Assembly (NCBI GenBank): GCA_009914755.4
Contig: CP068257.2
Span: 18,848,001 to 18,912,000 of the forward strand
Source: the human T2T-CHM13v2.0 reference genome, Homo sapiens
Length of the DNA stretch: 64,000 bases
Reading direction: 5' to 3'
Positions 41,401 through 57,120 of the stretch are shown piece after piece. Both the position numbers and the translations under genes were made by a program. The first letter of the stretch is position 1; each line of letters begins with the position of its first letter. The notes beneath the pieces are model-generated. The model saw only the letters and a list, made by a program, of their open reading frames with translations, did no database searches and was not told where the DNA came from.

Positions 41401-43559
41401 TGATGTAAAAAATAAGTGAAACACATGCATTTTTCTTTATGTTATTTTTCATTCATAAGAACATTTCTAAGGCATTTATTATTAGTATTTGGTTCCCGAT
41501 GTTTTACTAATAAGAAATCATGTTGTATTTCATGAAGCTTCTTTGATTAGCAATTTTATTTCTATTCCAGGGTGTCTATGTCACTTATAAGAAAGCTAAC
41601 CAGATGGAATCATCTGGTTATTTGTATATTAACTACTGTCAGAGTTTTAATAGTAAAATGATTTCCTTGCACAATGTGGCGGTAATAGAGTCAAGCTGTG
41701 GCTTAAATAGCCTTCCTAATGGAGGTTTCAAGAGAACTGAGAGGATTTATAAAAATTTACTTTGTGACATGCCTAATACGTGTATTATGTGTGTCGGTTT
41801 TTCCACTGCAACAGAAAGAAAGGCCAATACATTTCTAAATTGTATATTAAATATTTATAAACTTTTCTAAACGTGTGACATAAAAAGTATCTGGTCAGTT
41901 CCCTTCACTATAAATTCAGCTTATGTTCCTATTTATGGTGCTGCTGGAGCACCACAGCCCCGGGTCTCACACTAAATGCTTACTTGCAGATCCACCTAGG
42001 TAGTTCTCCGTAGAGGGAAGAGCTTCCCATGATCTTCTCCACAAGCATTTCTTTCAAAGCCGCGTTGCAGGAGTCACACATAATTGCCAGTGTTCCAGAT
42101 AACAAACTTCTTATTTCCATTACACTTAGAAGGGAATACATTTATCATCCTAAATGATACTAAGTTACTAAAGGATACTGAGAACATTTATCACCCTAAA
42201 TGATATTAAGATTAAGCTCCTATAGCAATTTTGTAGAGGTCAGTAGTAGGCATAGTTAGGAATATATATGTATACATTTAGGTGTATCAGTAGAAGGTTT
42301 GTGACAATAGCAGTTTGATTTTAGATGATGCTGATGTGAATCAGGAGATAATAGGAAGAATTGCAGTCATGCACACATTATTTTCAAAGTCATATTCTAA
42401 TGCTCCAATTTCGAAAATAGTTACTAGTGTCTGGTAATTCTACTTTTCATTTGTTATCAACCAACATACATTTAAATTTTACAGGATTATCAGCAACACA
42501 CAAACACAGACATGTACAATTAGTGTAAAAACAATGTTGATGGCTCCTGTTAAATCATTTGATGTTAGATCATTTCTTTTCAAGTATTCTTCCCTACTTT
42601 GACAGTTTTTTTGTTTTTACCAGGAAACAACAACAATTCACTATCAATAGCCCCTTTCTCCTGCCATTTTATTCCCATTTTAAGGAAACTTGCATGGGAA
42701 GGAACTGTGTAGGTGAAAAACAGAGGAAGAAAAAAAATGAAAGAAGAGAGATAAGGCTTAAAAGGGGCACAAGGAAGAAGGCTCTAAGAATAGAAGACGA
42801 AAGAGACCAAAAACTTCACATAAGGAAATTTTCTACAATCTCCAGAAAGTAGCATATAACTTTTTATGGGGGGAGGGGTTGCATTATTTTTTAACAGAAA
42901 AATTTTGAAAATTTTTTAATATGGGAGAAGAAAATACTAAAATAATTCTGCAAGTCTAAAAGTAAAGAAAATATGGATTTTATAAATTAGTAAAACATCA
43001 TAATTTAATACCCTGAATAGGAAGATAATCTAACAGAGAATGTAGACATTAAAAGGAAAACAACTAAAATAAGGAAATGGTAGAAATGCTTGGGGTTAAT
43101 GAGGAAGACATTTAACAAATAGGAAATAAATTCTCTATGTTTAAGAAAGACATAATTTGCTAAATTATTCATTTATTTAAAACCAAACAAGATTAATTTC
43201 AAGAGAAAACACTTCAATTAATTTAGATAAAATGAATGCATTTAAATGTGCCAAGAATTCAAATTTCCCAAGAAAGCCTATAAATTCATATGGAAAGAAA
43301 GAAAACTGTCTTGGGTTTATCTTCTATCACATAACGTGTCAAAGGACAAAAGAGAAATTGCTACATTATTGTGAGACAAAGGTTTATGGCATAAAAATTC
43401 AAAACAAAACCACTTTGCTCTTCCCGTGTGAAGGTAATCAAATGATACTCTTTAGATATGCAGATCTCAGAAAATGTATCATCCACAAAAATTTCATGAA
43501 AAACATTCCATCCACAAAGTTATATTCCAGTCAACTAAGATTTTTTTTAAAAAATGAAA

Positions 43560-45440
<1,881 letters not shown>

Positions 45441-45866
45441 TGTTATAATTTGGTGGTGTGTCCTTTCCAAATTTCATATTAATATGTGATCTCTGTCCTC
45501 TCCAATGTTAGAGGTGGGCCTGGTGAAAGGATTTGGGCCAACGGAGGTGGATCCTTCTTGAATGGCTTATTGCTATTGTCATGGTAATCAGTGACTTTTT
45601 GCTCTATGAGTTTGCCTGAGATATGGTTGTTTAAAAGAGCTTGGCACCTCCTCCCTCTCTCTCTTTGTCTCTCTCAATATGTGATATGCTTGCTGCCCCT
45701 TCACCTTCTGCCATGATTGTAAGCTTCCTGAGACTTTCCTAGGAGCAGATGCCAGCACCATGCTCCTCGTACTGCCTGCAGAACTCTAAGCCAAAATAAA
45801 TTTCTTTCCTTTATCAATTAACCAGCCTCAAGTATTCCTTTAGAGCAACACAAACAGACTAACACA
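45441..45866 (+). mobile_element. MST/MLT-type MaLR solo LTR, plus strand
   Basis: tgttataatttggtggtgtgtcctttccaaatttcatattaatatgtgatctc...ccccttcaccttctgccatgattgtaagcttcctgag...tctttcctttatcaattaaccagcctcaag...cagactaacaca matches TGATATGGTTTGGCTGTGTCCCCACCCAAATCTCAT...CCTTCCGCCATGATTGTGAGGCCTCC...CTTTCCTTTATAAATTACCCAGTCTC...GGACTAATACA. Confidence 0.7.
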
Positions 45867-47552
45867 CATATGGTGATAAATTATGGTTGGATAAACGACT
45901 ATGAACCCATTTTAGTTTAATTAGATAGCTGATTTCACATATAAGTATTTATAGATATGTGTATATATGGTTTAATAGAATGTACTTTAAATATTTTTCA
46001 ATTTTCTGTATATTATGTTTTGACATCTTAGAAACCTTTTTGGCTGGGGAGAGACTGCTCTTCCCAAGGCTAGCCAATTTATAAAGTTAACAAAGGGCTT
46101 GGCCAGAGCATCTAATTGATAGCAAATTAACCAATGCAGAGACATACCTCCTCTAGCCTGTTCACCTCCGGAGGCCATATTCCTGTCTTAATCATCCCAA
46201 GGCAAAATACCAGGCAACTAGAGACCACCCTTAGAGCTCAAAGAAAGCAGAAATCATTCAAACTAGCCAGTCCTTACTGTTCATCTTACCCTGTCCTGTC
46301 TTGCCTCAATAAAATCAGTGACCTAAACCTTCCTATCACTCCTGTGTCCTGCCTCCTGACCACCTTGGTGTCCTTCCCTTGTTGCCTTGTGTGACACGCC
46401 ATGTCTCCTGTTTCATTGGGCTTACGAGTATAATAAACTTTTTTTCTCCAAGTCTCCCCCGTGTTTCCTTTTTTGGCCATATCTGACAGATCATCCCATA
46501 AATAAATACAAAACGTATATATGCATATATTTCATCACTGTCAGCTGAGAGGTCCTAGAAACAATGACATCTCAGTAGTCATGAGTACCCTCAGCTCCCA
46601 GATCGTGGTTTGTAATACAACTTTCTAATAAATGAAACCACGGATCTTCAGAGAATTGGCTGATTCGATAACTCGTAGGATATTAACAAGATGAGCCAGG
46701 AGCATCTTATAGTGCCAGAAAGTGAGGAAGTGTTCAAAATAGATAAACACGTTAAAAATAATGATAATAAAAATAAAAACTGCAATAACTATAATATGTC
46801 AAAAGACCAGGAGCCAACTGAAACCGCCTTCAATGGCCAAAAATGAAAAAAAAATTGAGCAATAAAATAAATAAAATGACAGTGAATTATAACCCAGAGT
46901 ATAGAGTATATATGTGAGTCCATACTGACAGTAATACATAAATAACTGAATATGTAAATTAAATAAAGGAAAATACACAAATCTGTGCAGAAGAATTCCA
47001 AGTAACTTATGTAGTTAGAGCACCTTCAAGAAGGGGAGTGTAAATCCCCACTTCTTACATGCAGGCTATGGATAGTAACTTCCTTCCAAAGAGTACAATA
47101 CTCCTCATAGTGGAGAAATTTCACAAACCCTACCTTAGCCACGTTATCAAGTTTAACTTCAGTAATGATAAGTCATATTGAAAATATGTACCTTTTATAT
47201 ATCATGGCAAAAATGACACTTTACATCTGTGGCCTTCTTCTAAAAAATATATACAAGTTTAATTTAATCATGAGAACACCATTAGACAAATACCAATTAA
47301 GGCAGTTGCTATAAAATCCTGGTCAGTACACCTCAAAACTGTCAGTGATTCTGGTAGGTTGGATAATTGCTCCGAATATTGGCCATCTTCTTATCCCAGG
47401 AATTTTGACTATAATATCTTACATGGTAAAAGGGACCTTGTAATAAAATTAAAATAAGCATTCTGAGATTGACAGATTATTCTGGATTATACAATATTTT
47501 ATGTAATCACAAGAGTCCTTAGACTTATTATATAGCAGTGTAATCACAATAG

Positions 47553-47910
<358 letters not shown>

Positions 47911-48977
47911 TAGGAGATTTGGCAATGGAACTAGAAATTGGAGTGATGGGAAGAAGGGGTCATGAGCTGAGGATTATAGGCAACCTAGAGGCTGGGAAAT
48001 GGAAGGAATGGGAGATTCCAAGAGGAAATGTCCCTGCTGAAACCTTGACTTTACACCAGTGAGACTAATTTCCAGAACCGAAAGTTTACTTTGCTGAAGT
48101 TCGTGGTAGATTGTTACAGCAGCAATAAGAACCTAAAACAGTTATAAAACTCAAGAATACCCTGAGACATTGACACAAGCAAGCAGAAGCTAAGGAGATG
48201 TGAACACTGTGTAAAGTGGTATTCTGGATGAGATACTGTTAGAGAAAATAAGGACATTAGGGGTAAAACTAAGGAAATCTGAGCAAAGGGTGGATCTTAA
48301 TAATAATTATAAATATAGGTTCCGTAATTTTAACAAATGTATCATGCTATCATTAGATGTTAATAATAGGGGAAACTGAGTGTGTGGTGCATGGGAACTC
48401 CGGATAATCTTCATAATTATTTTATAAATTTAAAACTTAAAACGAATGAAGTGATTCTAAAGCAATATATTCTGATGAATAGGATCTAAAACAAAAACGA
48501 CTGAATGAACAAATTAACCACGAAAAACTGAATAAAAATAATAAGCTTACAGTAAAAGTCAAACATTAGTAATGTGTCAAAATAGACAGAATTTAATATG
48601 CAGAAAAACATGAGTTTTTAAAAACTATAGGACAAAGTTTAAGATATCATGGATATAAGCTGAAGGAAAACAAGAAGAATTTCATTTGTGTTATTAGGCA
48701 AAGAAAATAAATGTTACAGAACTTGGGATTTTATATAAAATGTTTTATTTAATTATATTTTGGAGAAAGAAAATTTAAACTTAATGAAATATATTTAGAA
48801 AATGAGTAATCAAAACAATAAATATCAACATTACACATCACTCATGACTTTTAAATGTAAAGTCTTATGTGCAATTTTAAACTAAATTATTAAAAATTTA
48901 GATAAAGCACATTATTTTTAAAACAGTAGAAATCTCCAATGTTTACTAAAAAATTAGACAAATTGCTATAGGTTGAA

Positions 48978-49013
48978 TTTTTTTTTTTTTTTTTTTTTTT
49001 TTTGTAATCTGGC
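48978..49013. repeat. Orphan poly(T) tract of 36 nt
   Basis: gaa(t)36gtaatctggc. No SINE body is adjacent. Confidence 0.9.
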
Positions 49014-49589
49014 AAAGGACTACTTTGAACAAAGTTCCCAGTACTAAGTGCTCTTATGGGAAGTCATTTCAAACACTTATGGAATAGATATGTTACAGAA
49101 ATTGTTCCAGAACAAAGATGGGAAATATCCAAGGTCGCTTTGAAGCTAAAAATCTCTGATAATCAAACCTAAAATAGATGAACTAAAAAGAAGATCAACA
49201 GGCCATTTAACTATTGTCTTTTGTGAGGATGAATGCTGTACCGCTTCTCAGTCTTTTGGTTAAGATCAAGTGAGGATGCATGCTGTAATATTTGTGGTTG
49301 CTAGAATTTTAAGATGATCCTCAAATTTTCCACTCACCTGCTATACACAACACACATAATCCCCAAGACTGTTATGATGAATTGTACCCTCATAATTAGC
49401 TAATGTTATATGGCACAAATGTTTAAATATAGATTATCCAGGTGTTCCTGAGCACATCACAAAATCTCTTTAAAGCAGAAAGATTTTTTTGTTTTTTGTT
49501 TTTTGTTTTTCTGGTAATAGAAAGGGAAGTCAATAATTTGAAGTATGAGAAGGATCTGACTAACTGAAAATGAGGAAGCACACAGTAAG

Positions 49590-50123
49590 TGTATTAGTCA
49601 GGGTTCTCTAGAGGGACAGAACTAATAGATGTATATATGAACGGGAGTTTACTAAGGAGCATTGACTCACATAATGACAAGGTAAAGGTCCACAATAGGC
49701 CGTCTGCAAGCTGAGGGGCCAGGAAGCCCTCCCGAGTCCCAAAACCTCAAAAGTAGGGAAACCAACAGTGCAGCCTTCAATCTGTGGCCCAACGCCTGAG
49801 AGGCCCTGGCAAACCACAGGCGTAGCTCCAAGAGTCCAAAAGCTGAAGAACTTAGAGTCATTGTTGTAGAGCAGGAAGCATCCAGCACAGGAGAAAGATG
49901 GAGGCCAGAACACTCAGCCAGTCTAATCCTCCCACGTTCCTCTGCCTGATTTTATCCTAGCCACACTGACAGCTGATTAGATTGTGCCCAATCAGATTGA
50001 CAGTGGGTCTGTCTCTCCTAATCCACTGACTCAAATGTTAATCTCACCCCCACAGACACACTCAGGAACAATGCTTTGCATTTTTCAATCCCATCAAGTT
50101 GACACTCAGTGTTAGCCATCACA
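49590..50123 (+). mobile_element. MLT2-type ERVL solo LTR, plus strand, with a 5-bp TSD (GTAAG / GTAAG)
   Basis: tgtattagtcagggttctctagagggacagaactaatagatgtatatatgaacgggagtttactaaggagcattgactcacataatgacaaggtaaaggtccacaataggccgtctgcaagctgagg...ccactgactcaaatgttaatctcacccccacagacacactcaggaacaatgctttgcatttttcaatcccatcaagttgacactcagtgttagccatcaca matches the recalled MLT2 consensus (TGTAGTCAGGGTTCTCCAGAGAAACAGAACCAATAGGATATATA...TAACCATCACA). gtaag occurs immediately before (49585-49589) and after (50124-50128) the element. Confidence 0.7.
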
Positions 50124-51194
50124 GTAAGGACTCTAGAAGCTGAAAGTGTCTAACAGCTGACAGCAAGGAAATAGGGACTTCAGTCCTACAAATGCAAGGA
50201 ACTGAATTCAATAAACAAAAAGAATGAACTTGGCAGAGAATTTTTTTCCAGACCCTCAAATGAAAGCTGAGTTCAGCCAACATCTTAATTTCAACCTTGT
50301 GATATCCTAAAGAGAGAAAACAGATGCAAAAATTGTTAAGAACAAAGAAGTTTCATGCAGCGTGATTAATGAGCTTGGAATAATTAACCTTGATATAAAG
50401 CAAAGTATAATTGCAGAAATTCACTTTATATTAGCCATACAGTAGATATGAGCAAATTTTACAGAATTGTCATATACATCAAATCCTATGGTCTCAATGC
50501 AATTAAATTAGACTACATTAACAACATGTTAATAAATAAAATCTTCACCCAACTGGAGATTGAATGTTTTTAAAAACCTATTTTCCAATAACTCATGTTA
50601 TAAACAATGAAATGACTTGAGAACTCATCTTAAAAAAATTTCAGCATACAAATGTTTGGATAAGAAGGAACAGTTAGAACTCACAAGGTTGTATATGGAA
50701 ACAAGATGTAAAGAAAACTCTGCTGCCATGGAACCCAAATGAGAAAGTGCGGCAACTGATAATCACTCTTAGAAATAATGTTGTATTGTGCAATATCATC
50801 AACAAACTTAATGCTTTTTTGCCATCTTAAAAAATTAATTTATGATGCTTTAGTTCAAATAGGTCTTCAGTAATTTGTGTTTTTTTCCAAAATTAATGTA
50901 TGTTTATTAAATGGGAAACCTAAAACCCATGGCTGTAAATTGCTGTTTCTGACTTGAGCTGACATTTAAATCCATACAGTATATGAGATACATGATCTAT
51001 TTTCTCTGAAGCATCACTGTGTTACAGGATCTTTGGAGTGTTGGTTTTCTGGCTGGAAACCTTGGTGGCCAGTGAGGCCTTTGCCTGAGTTCCTGTCCTG
51101 TATCCAGAAAGCATGAGGTACACAGACAAGTGGAGGGTGAGCAAGAAGAGGAGCTTTATTGAGTGTTAAAACAGCTCAGAGGAGACTTGCAGTG

Positions 51195-52060
51195 GGTAGC
51201 TCCTCTCTGTAGGCAGTTCATCCTAGCCAGTGTTCAGCTCTCAGCAGAGAAGAAGCCCTGGAGAAGGTAGCTCCTTTGTGCTGCTGGTCGTCCCGACGTC
51301 TGCCCAGCTCCAAGCAGAGAAGAGGCCCTGGAATGGGTTGCTCCTCTCTGCAGCTGGCAGACCTGCCTCTCTTCAGGTCTCTGAAGCTCTCAGTGAAGGG
51401 TAGCTCCTCTCTGCAGCTGATCATCCCATCTGCTCAGCTCTGGATATTCCTGGAGCTTTTATGGGCCTCAGAGGGGAGAAAGTGCATGCCCTTTGGTCCA
51501 TGGGTGGCCATGGTCAAGCCTGGAAAGGGCACCACAAGTTCTCACTTCAACAGTGGGACTGGCAGCCCAGCCCCCAGCCTTCAGGCCCTCCCTGGCCTGA
51601 AGGTGGGGCCTCACTGGGGACCTGCCCCCATCTGTGCAGGAACCTGTTTGCCTCCTCTGCCTTCATGGTACCAGGGCTTGGCCAGACTTTGCCCCAAGAT
51701 CAGAGCAGGTGCTGACAGCAGGGAGGAGCTAGGCAGTGGGAACAGGCACTTCTCAGCCTGCAAGGGCAGGGGATCCTTCCTGGGCCCCCAAGAGTACAGG
51801 GATGCCTGAGTCTGCAGCCCTGGTTTGGGTGGCTGCAGCTGCGCCCAGGAAGGCAGGGCTCCTGCCTGCTCTGTGGAGCAGGAGGCCTGGGTCTGGAGTC
51901 GCAGTTTGGGCAGCTGCAGCGGCACCCGGGGAGCTCCTGCACTAACTCAGAAGGGGCAGGGTTCCTCCTTGTCCCCAGCTCCTGCTGGCTCCATGGAGCC
52001 TGCAGCCCCGGCTGTGATTCCCTGCTGTAGCAGGTGTGATGGCAGCCAGTAGCTGCTGCC
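51195..52060. repeat. GC-rich, CpG-poor block that contains two sets of about 65-100-bp tandem repeats. It is probably part of an old LTR-type element.
   Basis: Four tandem units of the form g(g/t)tagctcct(c/t)t(c/g)tg.ag..g....tc..c.....gc.cagctc...cagagaagaagccctggagaag span about 51195-51450. Two more units span 51810-52010 (tctgcagccctggtttgggtggctgcagctgcgcccagg... and tcgcagtttgggcagctgcagcggcacccgggg...). G+C is well above the surrounding 35-40%, and CpGs are scarce. Confidence 0.6.
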
Positions 52061-53063
52061 ATCAATTACTCCCAGGAATCTTTATGGTCAATTCAGAAAC
52101 ATTATTTCAATCCCAGAATACATATGATGATTCAAAGCAATCTCAGGCATTTACTGAAGTCCTTTAATATCACATTCCAATTTCTAACTCATTGGATCTC
52201 ATTTCCATTTTACAATAGTTTGCCTAAATAGTTACCATCAGGAAATGCTTCTTCAAGCTTGATTTCCATGTACGCCCCGAGCTTTCTTCACAGCTTTGTT
52301 TCTTTTGGGCCAGAAGATATTCTTTCATATTTTAATATATTTAATTTTCATCATATAAGATCTACACCATAGAATTTATTTTTAAAATTTCACAAAATAC
52401 TTTTTGTCTTCTACCCTTACATTTTTTCATTCATTTGTTTTTATTTCAAAGAAAAAAACTAGAATGTGCCAATCCTTTTGGACAGAAGTAACTTAAGTGC
52501 CTATTTTTGTCATACTTTCTTGCAAGTCCTTTAGACCCTTAAAATAATTTCAAAATTTATCCTAAAATCCTCTTTGGAATAAAAATTCTTGACAATTTAC
52601 TAAAATGCGTGTTATACCCTTGATAGCGGCAAGTTTCCAAATCCACGTCTGACTCTTACAGCCAGGTCATTTACCAAAGCGGCCCAATAACAGAGGTGTA
52701 AGAAAGTAGGGGTGGTTCTAGGTTCATGCCTAGGCATTAACTGGCATGAACCTAGAACCATCCTGGCACTTTTCTCTCTTCTTTATTTTCTACCTGTTTC
52801 AGGTGGGCTCCTTTTCCTGGATTTAATTTCCAAGCTTTATCCTCTGATCTCTTTTTATAATTGAATCAGCCACTAAAGATGACTTCCACCATTTTGAACC
52901 CCAGAAACTCTGTATAATTTTCAGTTTTGCTAGCCACAGCCACCCAGTCAAGTATTTACCAAACATCTACAATGTACCAGAAATAGCAAAGATATACCAC
53001 TTCAGTCGCAAGTTATGTTTTGTCATGGAAAGTTCTTGTGTGTTAATCCACGGTAGCAAAATG

Positions 53064-53090
53064 CACACACACACACACACACACACACAC
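53064..53090. repeat. (CA)n microsatellite, about 13 units
   Basis: atgcacacacacacacacacacacacacacaat. Confidence 0.9.
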
Positions 53091-53211
53091 AATATTCCTA
53101 AGGTGATGAAAGAAAGAACTGTAAAACCTTAAACAAAATAATAGGTATATTTTAAACAATGTTGCTGGCTAGAATTTCCATACCAAGGAGATGTATACTC
53201 TAAAATGTCCA

Positions 53212-53584
<373 letters not shown>

Positions 53585-55879
53585 CTATTTTCTTTCATTA
53601 CTTCAGAATCATTTTGCTTCATGTTAGAAAAACTATGAGTTCCAATGAATGATCCAAACTGGTTTGCTGGTGGAAATTTGCTAAGACTGACTTTCAGAGT
53701 ATTTTATTGACTGATATTGGTATAATTGGGCAAGAATAGTCTAGAAAAAATTCACCACCCTTGAACAATTTTAGCTCTAAAAATATTTAAAATTCTCAGT
53801 AAGACTTCTGAGAGGCCAGAGTAAAATAATGTTATAAAGCTCTTACAATGCACTAAGCTAAAATTGTTCTCCGTATGGATAATTATACCCAATTCCTTGC
53901 ATTTATTATGAAAGTCAGGAAGATATTTGCCTGGGGTTGAAGGCATCGCTATATTATTACCCTTTATCAGAACTGTGGTCACATAGTTGAATTTTTTTTT
54001 AGTAAGACAATAAGGTAAAAAATCATCTTAAAAGTCAGTGCTTGACTAAAATTTGAGGCATTTTTTAATAATAGGAAATCCATGGCTCAGCCTAAGTTCC
54101 AGAGTCTGTTTACACAGAGCCAGCTGATGAAATATACTGATGCTTTTTTAAAAATTAAATGGTGCTAATAATAGATATTTTTGAGCCACTTCAAAGTAAA
54201 CAAAATACAACAGAATCAGACCATATATATAGTTCTTTCCTTGTTGTAGCTCATGGTTTTGACAACAGCACTTCTTAATTTTTTTGTCTGCCTAATCTTT
54301 TTTTATCTAGTCAGGAGCATCGCCTCTCCTGTGAATTAGGCAAAAAGCAAAAATACTTACAAATATAATTCCCAGTGTCAATATTTTTTCCTGTATTTCT
54401 CTCCTTGAAGTTCTTTCAGCCTGCTACTGTGAAACTTACTCCTAGATCATTATTTTCATCCTTTAATTTTGACATTTCCACAGAACAAAGAGTTCAATTC
54501 TCATTTCCCACGAATATGACTCAGGCTATTCCCACATCTGTGCTATCACTTTTCAGAAAATAGGGACCTCCACTTTCAATCACAAAAGGAGAAGTTTATT
54601 TTTGTCCAATTCAATACGTATTTTGAGAGTTTCATCCGATAGTGAGTTTCTTTTTTCTAGAATGCTTTAGGGTTAGTTCATCAAATATTTCAACCATTTT
54701 AGCCTTCTTCTCATTATCTGTTTATAAATGAGGTAAATTTTAGGAAAAACACCTGCTGATGGCCATGGTTTTAGGCTTTCAAGTTAACAACATAGAGAAA
54801 GACACCAAGCCAAAAACATCAGTCATAAAGATTATTTCTCCTGATACTATTTTTAATTTTTAATGAGGCAAACATATTCATATACATCTATACACACATA
54901 CATATATGCATTATATAAATAAGTATACATGTGCATGTGTAATTTATATGAAAACAGACTCCTTAAATGCATATGATTTTTACCTTGGACTATTTTTGAA
55001 TAGAGAAAATGAAAGTAGAAAATAGGTTTAGGGAAACTTTCACAGTAATCAAGACAAAGACATTATTGATTTAAAAGAATTATTTTCCCTTTTATCCTTT
55101 TATCCAAAATTATAGTGGACATTTTAGACTGAGTAGAAATATTCAGTCTCCCCAAAGCATATTCTACTGCTTAACACTGGTGCACCCACTTTAATTCGTA
55201 GGTATACCAAAGAAATACGGACTTTGGGGTGATAGAAGGGTAATAAAACCAAGAAATATGCATTTTCCAAAGTGACATTCTGAGGCCTACATTTTAGTTG
55301 TTTACTAAAGCTCTTTTTCCATAATATACAGCTTCAAGTGAAAGCCAACAGAATCTTTAATAGCCTAAACCCAGCAGTGACTTCCCTATTTATTTTGGAC
55401 AATAACAAGATTGATCAATTTTTTTGCCCTTTAATATTGTCAAGAAAGAAAAGAAATATTTGATAGTAAGATAACACCTTAAACAAAATTTGTATCCCCA
55501 ACTCAACTTTTTTTTCTAATTTTTAATTTAATTTTTAATCTTGTAGTAAAGTATTACATTCCTCTGTAAAAGTATAAAAATAATACATTTTTAGCTCAGC
55601 CATTTTTCATAAAGAAAACTCACCTATGTAACTGTCATCCACATTAAAAATAGAATGCTATTAACAACCAGAACACCCAAGTTCCCTCTCAATCACTCTA
55701 GCCCTTGACTAGCATCCACTATTCTGTCTTTCAAAATACCACGTTGGTTTGCTTGTCTTAAAACTATGTAAATAGAATTATACAGTAGTTTTCGTTTCAT
55801 TTCTTACTTCCATGAGGTGAAGTCTCAAGATCTGTACATTGTTATTTCATGTAGAAATAATTTGTTAATTTACATTACT

Positions 55880-57120
55880 GCATATTAATTTTTATGAATT
55901 AATATATCCATTAGTGATGAATATTTGATATCTACGATTTTATAGCTTTTATGAATATTGATTTTATGAACATTCATATGCATGTATTGTGGTAAACATA
56001 CATACTCATTTCTTTGAGTATGTACCTAGAAAGTGGAATTCCTGAGTCCTTCAGTATGATTTTAAAGAAATTGCCAGTTTTTAAAAGAGGTTTTAACCAA
56101 TTTTTTTCTTCCATCAATACTGTATGAGTGTTCCAGTGGCTTCATAGCCTCCTTAATTTTAGTTTTTTTTTTTTCATTTTAGTCATTCTGGTGGTTGTGA
56201 AATGATCATTCATGGTGGAGGCTAATGAATTTGGCTATTTTTTAATATGCATATGAAGTATTTTGCTATCTTCTTCTTAAAATGACTTATTAAGTTTTTT
56301 TCTCTTTGTCTTTTGGGTTGCCTGTATTTTTCCTCAATGAATATAAGAGTTCTTTCTACAATGTGAGTGTTGAGACTTCATAGGTAATGTATAATATAAA
56401 TATGTTCTCCTATTTAGTGGCTTGCTTTTAACTCAATGGTATCTTTTCATAATCAGAAGTTCTTAATCTTAATGAAATCCACTATATCTATTTGTAATTT
56501 TATGAATAGTGATTTCGTGTCTAGTTTTTAAAATTATTGCCTATCTGAAAGCCAGGAAAATATTGTCTTATATTTTTCTCAAAAATCTTGCTTTATTTAC
56601 TTTTCACCTTTAGGTGAATAACCCACTTGGAACTGACATTTCTTTATGTGAGTTGGAGTATCATCTCATTTTTTTTCCATAAGACTATCCAATTAATCCT
56701 TTTTATATAGCTCTACAGTACCATCTTGGTCATGAATCAATTTGTGATATATGTGTAAATCTGTTGGTGGATTCTATTCTGCTTCATTAGACTATGAATA
56801 TGCCAATACCACACTGCCTTGATTATTTGGCTTTATAAACCTCAATGTCTGAGTTTCCTCAAATTTTCTTTCTTAACCTTTCTTTATTAGTCTTAGAATT
56901 GATTATTATTGGCCAATTGTATTTCCATGTAAATTTTATAATCAGGTTATCAATTTTTACAAAAAACCTATTGGAGTTTTTATTAAGGTTTAATTAAAAA
57001 TGTGAATCTGTTTTTGGTGAATGGACTTCTTTGCAATGTACATGATATATTCTATGTTTAATTATTCTGCAATTTTTGAAACTAAATTACTTCATCACAT
57101 TCTGAAGAGGAAGTCCCCAT
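55880..57120 (-). mobile_element. Old L1 (L1M-type) ORF2 3'-region fragment in antisense
   Basis: tatccattagtgatgaatatttgatatctacgattttatagc...gtacctagaaagtggaattcctgagtc...cattctggtggttgtgaaatgatcattcatggtgg...gtttttggtgaatggacttctttgcaatgtacatgatatattc matches the L1M antisense consensus (catccattcatctgttgatggacatttgggttg...atacctaggagtggaattgctgggtc...ccattctaatgggtgtgtagtggtatctcattgtgg...). Confidence 0.6.

Noticed and set aside
51276-52065. ORFs of 70-180 aa on both strands, at 51276-51809, 51461-51715, 51611-51925, 51700-52065, 51736-51945 and 51825-52052
   Set aside because: They lie in the GC-rich tandem-repeat block, where stop codons are rare by composition. The frames overlap on both strands and follow the repeat units. 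None shows a coding signature.
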